DNA of 60,178 nt, the filler included, from Sphacelaria rigidula (lineage: Eukaryota): the NCBI GenBank assembly GCA_964200075.2. It is 8 parts of 8 records of this genome, joined end to end, with 100 filler letters (N's around TTAATTAATTAA, not from the genome) between each part and the next. Parts side by side here need not be neighbours in the genome. Positions count along the whole stretch, not along the records: positions 1 to 7,435 come from CAXNAA020014927.1; positions 7,536 to 14,970 come from CAXNAA020014928.1; 6 more parts are not named here. One strand, written 5' to 3'. The notes under the pieces were generated by a model that was not told the DNA's origin, ran no database searches, and saw only the letters and a list, made by a program, of their open reading frames with translations. Below, piece after piece: positions 1 through 13,014 of the stretch (its first letter is position 1; each line of letters opens with the position of its first letter). The translations under genes and the position numbers were made by a program.

Positions 1-57
1 TGATGCGCCCACATATCCCGAATGGGGTAGACTGGCGCCCAAAATAAATGGGACGAC

Positions 58-116
<59 letters not shown>

Positions 117-135
117 ACGCACACGCACACACACG
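1..135 (+). mobile_element. 3' tail of a tRNA-derived SINE ending in (CA)n
   Basis: GCGCCCACATAT...GGCGCCCAAAATAAATGGGACGACAA(CA)n matches the tail of the SINE copies at 7634-8000 (-) and 42078-42705 (+). Confidence 0.65.
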
Positions 136-175
136 CACCACCACCCGAACTGCATTTTGTACCTGCACCTAACAA

Positions 176-455
176 CCCGGTCGCCCCGGTGGCTCAGTTG
201 GTAACTTCGAAATCTTTTGACGGTTGGGTCGTGGGTACAATTCTCGGAGCGATCGGGGATTTTTTCTCACATCATGCCCGGCAGTGAAGAGCGACTATGT
301 CGTGGGTACACAGAATCCGACTTAACGGTCGACGAGGAAAAGGGACTGCTGAACCTCTCTTGCGATAAAAAATAATGGCGAGCACCGCAGAGGAAAGGTG
401 AAGTACTAAAAACAAATGGAAAAAAAAAGCTCCTGTGTTGACATTCCTCACACAC
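176..455 (+). mobile_element. tRNA-derived SINE (head and body)
   Basis: A-box-like TGGCTCAGTTGG and a degenerate B-box; body homologous to 7634-8000, 30141-30296 and 42078-42400. Confidence 0.7.
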
Positions 456-483
456 ACCTGAAAATAGAGTGAGTAAAACTTTT

Positions 484-960
484 CAGTATACCTGGGGTAT
501 TTTCCCGGGTATTCACCGTACCCGACAGTGGTGTGACTTCTGTAAGACTTTCATACCGGTACCTGATAGTTCTGTAATCTCTGTGATACTTTCATACCCT
601 TACCCGATAGTTCTGTGACTTCTGGAAGCCTCCCGTACCGTTGCCGGGGGGCACGGGTACGTTCTTGGTGGGATACCCGGTTGCGGGTACGGTTTTCCGT
701 GCAACCTCCATACCCTACCCGATAGTCCTGTGAGTTATGTACGGAATATTTACCCGTACCCGGAGCGCGGGTATGTTCTAGAAGAAATAGCCGATTGCCG
801 GTACGGTTTTTCTGTATGCCTTTCATACCGTACCCGCCAAGTTCTGTAAGTTCTGCAAGACTTTCCTACCGGTACCCGATATTTATGTGAGCTCTGCAAG
901 CCTCCCATACCCCTACCCGGGGTTAAGGTTTACCGTTGTGGATATACCCGATTGCAGGTA
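484..960 (+). mobile_element. Truncated copy of an ACCCG/CGGGT-rich hAT-like non-autonomous element
   Basis: Direct-repeat similarity over about 450 bp to 1478-1940; dense TACCCG/CGGGTA motifs. Confidence 0.6.
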
Positions 961-1446
961 CGATCACAGGTATATACCTCGGGAAGGTGTAGACAAAGGT
1001 TCCATCCAAGTACAATCTCATCATCTGAACGTGTACCTCCCATCGATCATCCCACACTACTCCTTCATTCAACACTGCACACAAACAAAATTCAATGTTG
1101 GAAAGTTCTTGAGTTTGAAATCTGTCGGATACGAGGAATTACCGAGTGGAAACATGAAACATGAGCAGCACTGCTGCAGACCGTCAGAAGGGATCACCCC
1201 CAGACTCGAGTGGTGGCTTGAGCGGGGGCGCTTCATCTGCGCCACCAGGGGATCAAGTAGCAAGACGCACGTCGTCGATGTCGATGGTTCAGTCGTGGTC
1301 ATCGAACCCCGTACACGTATACTACTGCGAGTGTTGATGTATTCTTTGTCTATCAACCCGTCAAGTCGTTCAGAGTTTCCGTGAACTGTCATCTGTTGTT
1401 CGCCACTGTTGTGACGTAGGTCCCACCACAGGGGTGATGATGATTC

Positions 1447-2022
1447 CCAGATCGTGTTCTGCAGGGTACGGTTTTCTGTATACCCGGGGTATTTTCCCGG
1501 GAATTTACCGTACCCGACAGTTGTGTGATTTCTGTAAGACTTTCACACTGGTACCCGACAGCTCTGTAATCTCTGTGATACTTTCATACCCTTACCCGAT
1601 AGTCCTGGGACTTCTGCAAGCCTCCCGTACAGGTGCCGGGGGGCACGGGTACGCTCTTGGTCGAATACCTGGTTGCGGGTACGGTTTTCCGTGCAACCTC
1701 CATACCCTACCCAATAGTTTCTTCGAGTTCTATACAGATTGTTTACCCGTATGTACCGGAGGGCGGGTATGCTCTTGAAGAAATAGCCGATTGTCGTTAC
1801 GGTTTTTCTTTAAGCCTCCCATACCGTACCCGTCAAGTTCTGTAAGTTCTGTAAGACTTTTCTACCAGTACCTGATATTTCTATAAGTTCCGTGGGGGAT
1901 ATCATACCCTACAGAACATACCCGTACCCTACATAACTCAATCTTAATTCTTTTTTCCTACCAGTACCTGATATTTCTATAAGTTTCGTGGGGGATATCA
2001 TACCCTACAGAACTCAATCTTG
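1447..2022 (+). mobile_element. hAT-like MITE with TIR core GTGTTCTG(C/T)AGGGTA
   Basis: TGTTCTGCAGGGTA at 1455-1468 pairs with TACCCTACAGAACA at 1905-1918; right end duplicated to 2022; same TIR as 23440-23682. Confidence 0.65.
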
Positions 2023-2769
2023 AAACTTCTGGTCTTCCCCCTCCCTAACCCTGCGGTTACATACGTGGATTTTCAGCAAAGCACGGAGCCACATTTTCGT
2101 GCAGACGCCAGACACGTCACTCCTCACCAGCCTCATCGGTCGTTCTTGAGGCCCGGTCCCAAAAGGGCCAACAAGGCAAACGCGGGTTTCTTGGGTAGTC
2201 GTTAGTCCCGAGAATAATACATGATAAAAACATTGACCACGAACCAAACAAGAAGTCATGTGGCTCACATGCTCACACCCCACATCGTCAATTCGGTACT
2301 GAAATCAAGATGACCTTATCACCGGAGACCTCAACTGCTCGAAACAAGGTGTTGACCACACGTTGGCTACAAAGCGCTGGCGCCACCCGTCTCGGTTATT
2401 CGTGGATAGCTGAGCACACTTTGTCGAAACGAACGCGATAGGCTTTGGTTGCCAGCCCGTTCGCTGCTATCCCTTTCCCGATATGATCAGCTGAGCTCCC
2501 GCTGCAAAACAACACAGTGCTAAACACGACCTTCATCCGGTGGTGTGAGAGCTCCAGATCCTAAAAGACTAAGCCTGCTGACTTGGGCGCCTGCAGATGG
2601 ACACCTAACTGTGACTGTCCGAGGGAAGAGAAGGTCGATTCAACAGATGGCCTCCTGGACGGTCGACGGGTAGTCACAAACTGCCTCTCCAACCCTGGGG
2701 TCGATGAAGTAAGATACATGAACGATGACAGACTATGAGTATGGGATGCTCTGAAAGCCTACATGAAAT

Positions 2770-3225
2770 CACCGCGTAAGCTAGGTAACTAGGCTACCGT
2801 TTTTTCTCTCCGCTTGCATTTTTTTTTGCGGTAACCATGATGGTTGTCGAGTTACATCATGTTGTGTGGAGTGGAAAACCTTAACCCTGCGCAAAGGGCA
2901 TTATCGCACTGCGTGATGTTTGAATAGTGAGACACCCATGAGGCAGTATGTAACCCGTGGCTGTCTCTAGAACAGCGATACCAAAAAATGAAGCAACTCA
3001 TTGGAGGCTGTCAACCATATGCAAGATAAGTAGTGCGCTAACGGACCGAGCAATTGTAGCAGCATGCAGGTTGCCCTCGTGTGACTCGCTGAACACACCA
3101 CGGTGCTTCGCGCCTGCGTGATTGCGAGCCTGGTCCGGCGAAAACCGGGCGTGCTCCGCCCCGGCTTTGTATGCATGCGAGGTCAAAGGTCGTATGACTA
3201 CAGCATGCAAGATCATGAGTACACC
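2770..3225. repeat. Dispersed repeat family A copy
   Basis: Homologous to 13015-13520, 23845-24135 and 36890-37455. Confidence 0.75.
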
Positions 3226-4239
3226 ACACTCCGACGATCGCCATCGAGGTTATATGTGCTGTCACTTCATGGGTACCGTGTCTGCTTCCTACAGTGGAGT
3301 GATTATACCTAACATGTACGTACGTGTTCCGTGCATGTTGTATTCATGTATGGATGATGTGCGGGGATCAGAGTCAGCTTGCTGTGCTGTGAACACCGAG
3401 TCCTCATGTTTTCGGCTGGTAGGCTGTGAAAAATACTACATCAAGGTATACGACGTACCCCTCCGGTTGTACTGTGCTTGTACACTGGATACCATCCCCT
3501 GGTGTCTGGGGCAGTACGGAAGTAACCTCGCCCCAAAAAGGTACTAGTACGCCATGCAAACACTGCCGACTCTCTACTCACGTCGTATAATTTGTCTATC
3601 CTAGAGTGCTGTGAATTGAGTCTGCGATTTGTGCCAACAGGACTGACTGTCCATGTGCCCTCATAAACCACTGAAAATCGCTACCATCAATTATGCCTAC
3701 TTTTAAGTGCCCAATCGCAGGATTAAACTATCATGAACGTTCCCGAGCAATAAGAACTGCCGTCGCGACGATACGGACCTCGCACTCAAACGATGAACTA
3801 TGTGGTTGTGAGCTTGCATCACCCTGCGGTACTGTACTGCCCTGCACGGCCTTGCAACCCCTTCTCCACAGCGCTGAGGTCTGTTCGTCTGATGAGGTAG
3901 CATCATGTTCACTGAAGAGTGATCGCCAGACACTGCTGTAAATCTGCGAGCACTCAACCCCGGTACTCTTCTCTCTCTTTCTCTCTTTCATATGTTCCCT
4001 CCCCATGATATACTCCCACCGCTCCTCAACGCGGCGGCACGGCCCTTCAGACCCCGGGAGCTCGGGCGGCGGGGTCGGCGTCTTCTGGGGGGGTGAGCTC
4101 GCCCTCGTTGTCTGACCGGCTTTACTGCCACAATCATAGTCCATAATTCATAGCTTGTTGCGCTTTTTGTGTTGGATATGGCTGTTGGTCAAGTGTCAAG
4201 TGACATATGACTCTAGGCCGGGGAAGTCAGGCGCATGCA

Positions 4240-4270
<31 letters not shown>

Positions 4271-4637
4271 TTTGTGTGTGTGGCAGATCTGTAAGTATTC
4301 GGTGCCAACATGCGCCACGTGAAGGCCCAATAAAAGCGGGTGCTTGGTTGTCGACGAGAGGAATGAACGAGGGTATTCATTTCTTGAAGGCTACAGCGTG
4401 TTGTGGAATCCAGCGTTTCTGGTGACGCGTCGACGAAATCTTCTTGTTCGTTCTTATTTTTTGTTTTCCCTCACGTCCTTTTTTCTTGAACGAGCGTTGC
4501 TGGAAGAAGAAGGGTCAGCATCGTCATGTTCGCCCCCCCCTCGCGATGCTTGCTTGGCTCTCGTCCTCCTACGATGCCTTGGTCGTTTTCTCGTGCCGTG
4601 CCTCTATTTCGTGCTGGGATATTTTGCCTCTTTGCAG

Positions 4638-4705
4638 GACGGCAGCAGCCCCAAGCGAATCTACGTGGGCTCCTTGCACTATGACCTGAAGGAGAACGAT
4701 CTTCA
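4638..4705 (+). CDS. PUF60: PUF60-like RRM splicing factor, exon (DGSSPKRIYVGSLHYDLKENDL)
   Basis: TTTGCAG acceptor, GTGAGT donor; RNP2 motif RIYVGSL; phase 2 joins the 5696 exon in frame. Confidence 0.8.
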
Positions 4706-5695
4706 GTGAGTGTGTACGAAGGGTCTTCATCAAAAAGTATGTTGGATTCAGCAGCGAAAAAAGAACCCGAAATACATGCGAGAATCAAGTGTGTAACTTT
4801 TTATCGTTCTCGCGATTTCTCTTTTCACATGTTGGTTTTTTTCTTACCTCTTTTCTCATGTTTCCCCCGCTATCGGGGTATATATATGTATATATTCACA
4901 TGTGTATATTTTTGCGGGTGTGGTTCCAGAGTTGGAGCGAACGACGGCTGTTGTGTGCAGTACTCTGATCTTGTCTCCGTGGATGTAGTGGTGTGACGCA
5001 CTCTTTTTTTTTGTATCAAGCGCACACGGACACCCAGTAGAGGTAACCGTAGTCGGGCTACAGAGATGGATATCTTGTGAAGAAGAGAATCGGATATTTT
5101 GTAGGGGCTTCACGGTTCCGTGCGCTTCCAGCGTGTTCGCAGAGCGCGGTTTCGTCGAAATCAGCGCCATGGGCACCGATTTGAGGTCGACCAATGCCAC
5201 ACTCTGCTGAGGGAACCCTCTGCATCTGCCTTGCCCGAGGGTTCTCGGTATCCATTGGGTTAGGGTTAGAGTTGGGGTTAGCGATAGTTGTAAAATGTGT
5301 CGAGCAGAGATCGAATGTAGCCCAACTCGGGATAATCCACCTCCGGAGACCCCACATGTAGTTTTTTTTTTTTTTGTCACTTTCATGGAGGCGGCAAGGC
5401 AGCAGTGGGTCGATTCATTGATTGTCGAGCACTGTAGTAATTTAGAAATCCCGTGACGGAATCGACTCAACCGCGCGAGCACGCTTCGATGACCCCCCTT
5501 GCAATAGCATGAGCCGAGGAAGGGATGAAAATGGGCTGGATGGATGGATGGATGGAGTCTCAGGATGACTCGTTCAATGAAGAAAGCCCTTGGTTCATAC
5601 ATGCCTTCCTAAACAATTAATCCAACCTTCAACAAGTTCGCCACAACAGGACATGCACCCTCCCTCCATCTGTGCCCCCCCCCCCCTCCCCCCAG

Positions 5696-5861
5696 ATCGG
5701 TCTTTTCTGCTTTTGGACCTGTGGAATCGGTGTGCATGTCTTTCGATCCGACCACTGGAGGGCACCGGGGCTTCTGCTTCGTGGACTACCAGACCGTGGA
5801 GAGCGCCGAGTATGCCCTGGCCAACCTCAACGGTTTCGAGCTGGCGGGTCGGCCGATCAAG
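5696..5861 (+). CDS. PUF60: PUF60-like RRM splicing factor, exon (SVFSAFGPVESVCMSFDPTTGGHRGFCFVDY...LNGFELAGRPIK)
   Basis: RNP1 motif RGFCFVDY; resembles PUF60 RRM1 (AFAPFGPIKSIDMSWD...HKGFAFVEY); AG/GT boundaries in phase. Confidence 0.85.
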
Positions 5862-7088
5862 GTTGATCTCTCTCTCTCTCTCTCTCTGAGCATCGTATAG
5901 AGTAATGAAGCACACACCGTCGATGTATTTCAGGAACGAAATGCACAACTTTCGTGTTTTTCGTTCGTGTGTGTGTGTGACTTGTTGTCGTACGGAAGTC
6001 TTGTAATTGGAGTCAGGAACCAACTAAAGAAATATTTTTGAAAAATGCTCGGCTTGTAAAATTGTTTTTTGTGAAGCACCGATAACGGATAAAATTTACT
6101 TCGTGAGCCCATCTGAAGAAAAAACGATGACGAAGACCATAGTCGGGTGTGTACGTTGCTTCTCTCAAACTCTTTTTTTTTTAACCCTTTTGGTACTGGC
6201 AATGGAAAAGTGCTGATTTGAGGTGCTGTTTTTTTATAAAACATGTGGTTTGATTGTTTGCAGCTCCCAATTTTTTGCTCCACGCGTATTTTTCAGACCC
6301 GCGACCTGGCGGTGAATCGCGTATATACTGTGTCGCACCTCAATCCTTCCACGTATGGTGAGGGGGTTTCTGTGTGCTCGGCCATACTACTTTGTTTCTG
6401 TGATGTGGCTTAGCACGCTTGCCAAGTGTTGGGCGGGCACAACCTCCGGACTGCAGCACAACAATACTCCCGTGGGGTGCGTCACCTATATAAATGTGTG
6501 CCGCAGTCCCACACGTGGCTTGATATATAGAAACTATTCAAGTGGTGCTGATTCTTGTTGTATGAAATTCAGAGGCCGCGTTGCTGTTCATTGCTGCGTG
6601 CAAAAAGTTGAACATACTTGACCCGTTGCGTCCCCTCATTCGATAAAACTAATCCGGCCGCACCGGGGCAACACTTTTGGTGCGAGCATGACGTATGTCG
6701 GTGGATTCTTCTGTGGCCTTCCGCCGTAAAAAAACGTTTTTGTTGGTATTTTTTTCCCCATATTTTCTTCTCTGTCAGGGGTCGAAATAATGAGGCGTCT
6801 CGACTGGGGACTGGAGGGGAGGGTTCCCGAAGGGTTAGCATCGATGTTTTGCGGTAGCATCATTGCATGTTTTATATATATATAATATTTTTTTACGGAA
6901 AGCGAAATTGTGAAGATTGTTTTTAGTGTTGTTGCGTGCAACATTTGATTCTTCAATCGGAGCGTGGGATACAGCGTTTCCAGTTTTGTGTTTCGTAGGC
7001 AGTAAAGCACTTGGTGGATAAAAAGAAGAAGTTGACCTCATGCCTTGCCTCCCCGCCCTTCCCTCATTTCCCGTCTCCAAATGACCAG

Positions 7089-7125
7089 GTGGGTCGGCCC
7101 CGGGGGGCAGGAGGGAGCATGTCAG
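7089..7125 (+). CDS. PUF60: PUF60-like exon (VGRPRGAGGSMS); gene truncated by contig end
   Basis: CCAG acceptor, GTAAG donor; completes the IK|VGRP motif found at the end of PUF60 RRM1. Confidence 0.75.
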
Positions 7126-7435
7126 GTAAGATGAGCATTTATCTCTACCAACAACAACGAAAAACGCCTCGGAGGGTGATCATTCCTTTTTTCATCAACC
7201 CTAAAAACAGGAGCAGGCGCTCTGGATTAGAGTAATCATGACAGGAACGTCTGGTCGAGAAGCGGTTTGTATCGTCACATTTCGATCGTTTGCTGCGTCG
7301 CGCGAAGAATCTATATTTTACTGTGCAACGGGCGCTGGTTCTCATTTTAATTTTTAATTTTAATTTTATGTCTCATTCCCTCTGCCCCCACCCACCCCCC
7401 CCCCCCCCGCCCCCCCCCCCCCACAACACCCCCAC

Positions 7436-7535
7436 NNNNNNNNNNNNNNNNNNNNNNNNNNNNNNNNNNNNNNNNNNNNTTAATTAATTAANNNNNNNNN
7501 NNNNNNNNNNNNNNNNNNNNNNNNNNNNNNNNNNN
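7436..7535. other. Artificial contig spacer
   Basis: N44-TTAATTAATTAA-N44; stop codons in all six frames. Confidence 0.98.
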
Positions 7536-7633
7536 GCTTTAGGACTAGTTATCTAGATAGCATACATATATACCAAATCTCAGGCGATAATGGGGTCTAC
7601 CGGGAAATGCCTCAAAAACACGACAACCCGCAC

Positions 7634-8000
7634 TGTGTGTGTGTGTGTGTTTTGTCGTCCCATTTATTATGGGCGCCAGTCCGCACCTTTCGGTATATGT
7701 GGGCGCACCAGCCGGGGTCACACAAGAGGGAGGTCAACACATGATTTTTTTTTTATTTTTTGTTCGTATGTAGTACCTCACCTTCCTTCTGCGGTGCTTG
7801 CCACTTTTTTTTATCGCGAGAGTTGTTCAGCAGTCCCTTTCCTTCGTCGACCGTTGAATCGAATTTTGTGTACCCACGATATGGTCGCTCTCCATTGATG
7901 GGCATGTGAGAAAAAATCCTAGATCGTTCCAGGAATTAAACCCCCCTACTCAACCGTCGGAGGGTTCCGAGGTTACCAACTGAGCCACCGGGGCGACCCG
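7634..8000 (-). mobile_element. tRNA-derived SINE, near full length, with (CA)n tail
   Basis: Reverse complement reads GGTCGCCCCGGTGGCTCAGTTGGTAACC...ATAAATGGGACGACAAAA(CA)n. Confidence 0.75.
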
Positions 8001-8009
8001 CTAACTGTA

Positions 8010-8680
8010 TCAGTGAATTTGAGCAGCAGCGGGGATGACTCTTTTTCCTGCCTGGGTCGCTGACAGACGAGAAACTGCTGCAACAGTTTGTCATCTCTCA
8101 GCCGTACCCGGGCTCGCATGTCATCGTGGGACGTGCGCATGACCTTGATTATCATCTGCAGCGGGACTCCAAAACGAGCGCGCCCTTCCCGCCAGACCAT
8201 GCGATTTACAGGGTTGCAAGCCTTCTGCAGTTTGTTGAAGCATTTGTTCAATGCGTTACTCCTCACCCGTCCCAACTTCTCCAGTCGGCATGCTACAAAC
8301 ACCACATAGGTGGTCGACTGTTAGCGTCGAAATTTACACCGTTCTTCAGGGCGACTTCTGGTATTCTACCAGTAAATACCAAGATTTTTTGGCCTCGATT
8401 TTGCAGCGACCTTTCCAGAGTGCTTCGTGAGGGAGATATATCCATAATGTCCACAGCCGGTCCTATCCTCCTTTCTTGTGTATAACACTCTGATAGTGGC
8501 GTCCTTCCACTCCGGTGGTACGTCGCCACACGTCCGAACAGCAACGGTGATGCCATGAAAGTGGTACGAGACTTCTAGAGGCTCTCTAACTAATCGAGTC
8601 TTGAGGAGTTCAGCCCGCAGCCTATCCGGTCCCATCGCTTGACCGTTGGCAATACAGCGCTGAGCACCTCTTTCGCTTTA
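8010..8680 (-). mobile_element. Degenerate RTE-clade LINE reverse transcriptase fragment
   Basis: MGPDRLRAELLK...GDVPPEWKDATIRVL...ISLTKHSGKV and FVACRLEKL...ARFGVP...HDDMRARV...SPLLL match early non-LTR RT motifs; frameshifted. Confidence 0.85.
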
Positions 8681-11600
8681 TCCAGGATTGGCGAGTCTCC
8701 GAGTGACATCGTTTTTCGCCGTGGTCGCGATGCTACATGGTATAAGGAAAATATGGTAAATGCATTTCACGGGATTGTGCAAGTATTGGGTTTCGTCGAT
8801 TTTACAAGGTATACGTTTCAATCTAAGGTTGTGAATCGGTACCCATAAACGACGTAATATATATATATATATCGGAGTTAGGCGAAGCAGATATATCGGA
8901 GGAACATCGGCGAGCACAGTGAGCGATCGCGCGAGGCCGAGGTAGTACGTTGTGCGAGACCTAATTGCCCCCTCCCTCCCCGGGCTGGTGAGGGGGTCTT
9001 GATAGATGCGCCGCCGGAGGCACGAAATGAGGGTGTTGTCGCCTCACTTCTCATCGAAATTGATCCGAACCACGCGATCAGGACTGGCGGGGTTCAGGTA
9101 CCTGGATACAGCAAAAACCTTTACCACATAATTTCTTTAGCATCGTCGAGATAGTCGTACGAGGAAAATCGGCGCGAGGGGGGGAATGGTTGCGTCTGTT
9201 GACAGTAGGGTACGAGCATGTACCTTCCGCGAAGAGCTAACCTCATCGCCGTGTGTTTTCAGTTTGTTCTGGTGGGCAGTTTACCTCTCTAGATAATCCA
9301 CACACCGCCTACTACGTTCATGTGCTTGATGAAATATCTGAAGACTAAATTCGATACAATACAGCACGCAAGAGCACTACAGGACTTCGTACTGTGAATG
9401 AACATCCATCAAGGGCCTACCAAGCACCAACACAAAACTCCATGCAGTCAGGTGGATACAGACTTCTCCTCAAATGCAGACTTCCCCCACTCCTTTACCA
9501 CGCCCCACATTCTGCGCAAATACTCGAGAAGTGTTCATAGGTGTGGTGTACAGCTGCAATGTGAACGCATCTGTGTGTCTGCGTGCTGTGTGATGATGCA
9601 AAACACGGGACTACCAGTAGACCCCTTGGCTCCCGTGTCATTTTGCCTTTCCACGCTGCATAACCCCCCCCCCCCCTCAGATAAAACGAACATGGTACAG
9701 CTCAAACCATCGGTTCGAGTTTTCGATGTTTGATACACATTATTTCGACCGATAGTATCAAAACGTATTGCTGCCAATACACAACCTGCCGTGTCGAGGC
9801 TGATGTCCTACTGCCGTCGTAAGGAAAGAAATGGAGAGAGCAACAATACGCCAGACCCATACTTCGCACCGGATCTGAGAAACAAGACGACAGGCCTCTG
9901 TGGCGGGGCATGCCTTCAGGTGTTGAGCCCGTGGGGAAAACAAGGCATCGGAAACATTTTGCAACCACCTCTGATCTGGGGGCCACATTGCTTGGACTCG
10001 AAGTGTCACTCGCCAGCTCTACCTGAGCGAGACGCAAACACCAAGGCGGCGCTTGGAAAAAATAATTATGCTCAAACTAAGAATATATTGAAAAAAATGA
10101 GGAAAGAGGAAGGAAGGAGCGGACAGTCGAAGGTTTTCAGGCAACTAAAACTGAGGCTCCCGAGACGAGTTCCGAGAATTCGATGAACCGGTACCCTAGC
10201 TCCACATCTGCGGAGGTGTGGGTGGCTACGTCCTTATGCTAATGCCATTTGTTTGGCATCGTATCCAAGCTTCGGTAGAAGATGAGCATATGCAATGTAC
10301 CATCGCAATACCCGCGCAGGTGGCCGAGTATATGTTCCATCGTGTGGAGTCAATTGCGGACGATTTTGCCCAGAATCCGATTTTGTACAGTGCACCTACC
10401 AGGTGTATCTACAATGATTTGAGTAACACGCGGTGCCAGTTGCCGATGATTATTGGCCGTTACATGCGGCGAGACGACAAATAGAACCAATGGTATCCAG
10501 GCCGCTGGAGACTTCACGGTCTAGCGCACGACGTTGTAGGCACAGCTCCTGGGGCAGACATTTCCATATGATATAAGCGCAGGACAACAAATGGAGATGT
10601 GATCGAATCTAGTGAAAACAGTACGTGCCGAGTGCCATTATCCATGAGCTCCGTACGCGGAGGCAGCGGGTAAACGGAGTGCGATTATCTGGTCGGCAGA
10701 TCACACATCATAGCCCGGGACGTGAGGTGCCAGGGATCAACCTCCAGAGATAACGACATTTATTCATTTCAAACCCTTCCTCCGAATGTTTACCGTTCCT
10801 CGTCTGTGTCACCTGCATGGCGTACGACCTTCTTGATCTCAGGAAGCGCGGGGTGCTATTCTTGTGCATGGGCCCCTTTAAAACGCCCGAATGAAGGATA
10901 TGGAGGTCGTGCAACAACGTTGAAAGAGCGGCGCTCAACTAATCCCTTTGCCCTCTGACAATGGCTTGCTTTCTCGTGGTATCTGTTTCTCTTGTCCTCT
11001 CCCATTTACGTCCGCTATCCTCCGCCACGACGCAGTGGTTCTGGGAGCACGATGGAGCGTAATGTGGCCTCGGCGACGGGCTGCCCCAACCACGTCAACT
11101 GGGAGATCAACCCCAACCCGGCACGGGTATGCAAAAGCGGACATTTGCCCTTGCTGTGATTGTTTCGCGCTATTGAAGATTTCATCTTGAGACACTTGAA
11201 TGCCGTGTGGCGGTCTACAGTTCTTGTTTTGTCAAATGTGTATGTTTCCCGTTTATTTTGAAAGTGATTTTCCTTCATCACCCGTTGCGTTTCGGAGAAT
11301 GCCAGTTGGCGTGTTTTCGACACCTCGTGGGCGTTTGTTGTCAAGATAACAGGAAAATGGCAAAATGTTTCGTCGCTGAAGTCGGGTCAATTCTCACCGT
11401 AGACTTCGAACTTTCAACTCAAGAGTTTAGAACAGGTTTGACACCCGCCATCAAGGTTCAGCTCTGAGATAAACCCTCAAAGTGAGCCTGAACGTGAAAT
11501 TGTGAACCTGAGTCTCAGCCCCGCAAGGTTCCGCTTGGTGTCCAACGTTCGTCCCGAGGGTTTACGTTAAATGCTTTTGGGAGAAATTGGCCGGGGCCTC

Positions 11601-13014
11601 TTTTCAACCCGTGCTTAGCTAACGTTGATCGTATGTTGTCTTTTCCGGGCACCGTAGCCCCCTAATCGTGGCAAGATGGCGTTATCGTCGTGGTTTGTCT
11701 CAAGTGCCATATCAGCCTATTCCACAGGCCGAGCATGTAACCGGACCATTACATCATGGGAAGAAGGAATGTGCCTACAGTACTTGCTGCTATTTCTCCT
11801 GATTTCACAAGGGTCTAATCCCCCCAGCGGAAATGGTGATTTGTGATATAGATGGAACGTGACCCAAGGTTCAACGCCTTCTTAACTATGATCAGTGTGC
11901 TGAAAGCTTGAGTAGGTACACAACGCACCAGGTGTCCGAGTAAAGCAAGCCGCAAATGCACACGTGCAGGTTTCCGTGATCGTTGGTCACAGTAGCAACA
12001 GCAAAAGGAGCTCAAAGGCTTGATATCTTTTTTAACTCTCACTGATTATCCCCGCGATGGCCCAGCACACTGTTCTCGCCAGTGGTAAACAGTAGGAGCA
12101 GATGGCCCGGCTCAAAGGATGGCTCAAGAGTGAGCAAGGATGCATGGGTACATGCGACGCAACCTATCTAAATTCGGCCCGAGAAGGCGTTTGCCTCCTC
12201 GGGGTCAGGGCATTTCAGCCTGCACACTAATCTTCCCTAGAGTACAGCCTGTACATCCAGTTTTCCCAGAACTTCGGAAGCATTCCCATGGCTGGATCGA
12301 ATGATCTGTGAGCCAACGTGCCCCAAAACTGTCTGGAGGAACAAATAACGCCTCTCTATCTTCCTTCCTCATGACAGATTGCAGTGTCGTCGTAGCGCAA
12401 CAGGCGCATTTAGTTATGAGGATCACCGATTGGCTGGGGTAATTATACGTTCGAGCGAAGTACGGGGCCATTTTTTGTGCCCCTAATTGTTTTCCAGGAT
12501 GTGTGCAACTATCCTCTACTGAAGAAGTGATGGTGCGATGCAGCCTGAGTGTGCAGACCAGCCAGTGGACATTCATTTGTCTTAGGGTAATAATGAGACA
12601 TGACCGTTGCGGTACGACGGGCGAAAACACAATAAAATGCGTTGCATGTCCCCCAATCCTCTCGTCGTCTCTTGTCCGATTTTGGAGTGTCCGGTCCACT
12701 AATATGCTGCCTGCAAAAAATACATTATTCGTCGCTTTTTCGGTCTACGTAAATATTAAGCTTCAAGCCGAAACGCACCTTACAAGGTGCGATTCCGACT
12801 TCGATTTGAACCTCCAATCATAGACTCGAGAACGGTCATCTTGTAGTTACACTATAGTTCAACTTGAGCTACGGGGGTTCGTCTGTACAAAGCCGGGGTT
12901 ACAGTGCGGGATGCGAAGCGAGACCAATCTCGTCTCTGACAGATCGTACGGTGTCATAACAGACGCAGGTACGGGGAAAAGTGCGACGGTTTAAGGATCC
13001 CGTTGCAGCAGAGG

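Noticed and set aside
176-260. Functional tRNA gene
   Set aside because: The A-box is present but the cloverleaf and B-box are degenerate, and the sequence continues into a multi-copy SINE body.
2380-2480. KPIAFVS motif suggesting Gypsy RNase H on the minus strand
   Set aside because: Only a 7-residue match; flanking motifs could not be recovered.
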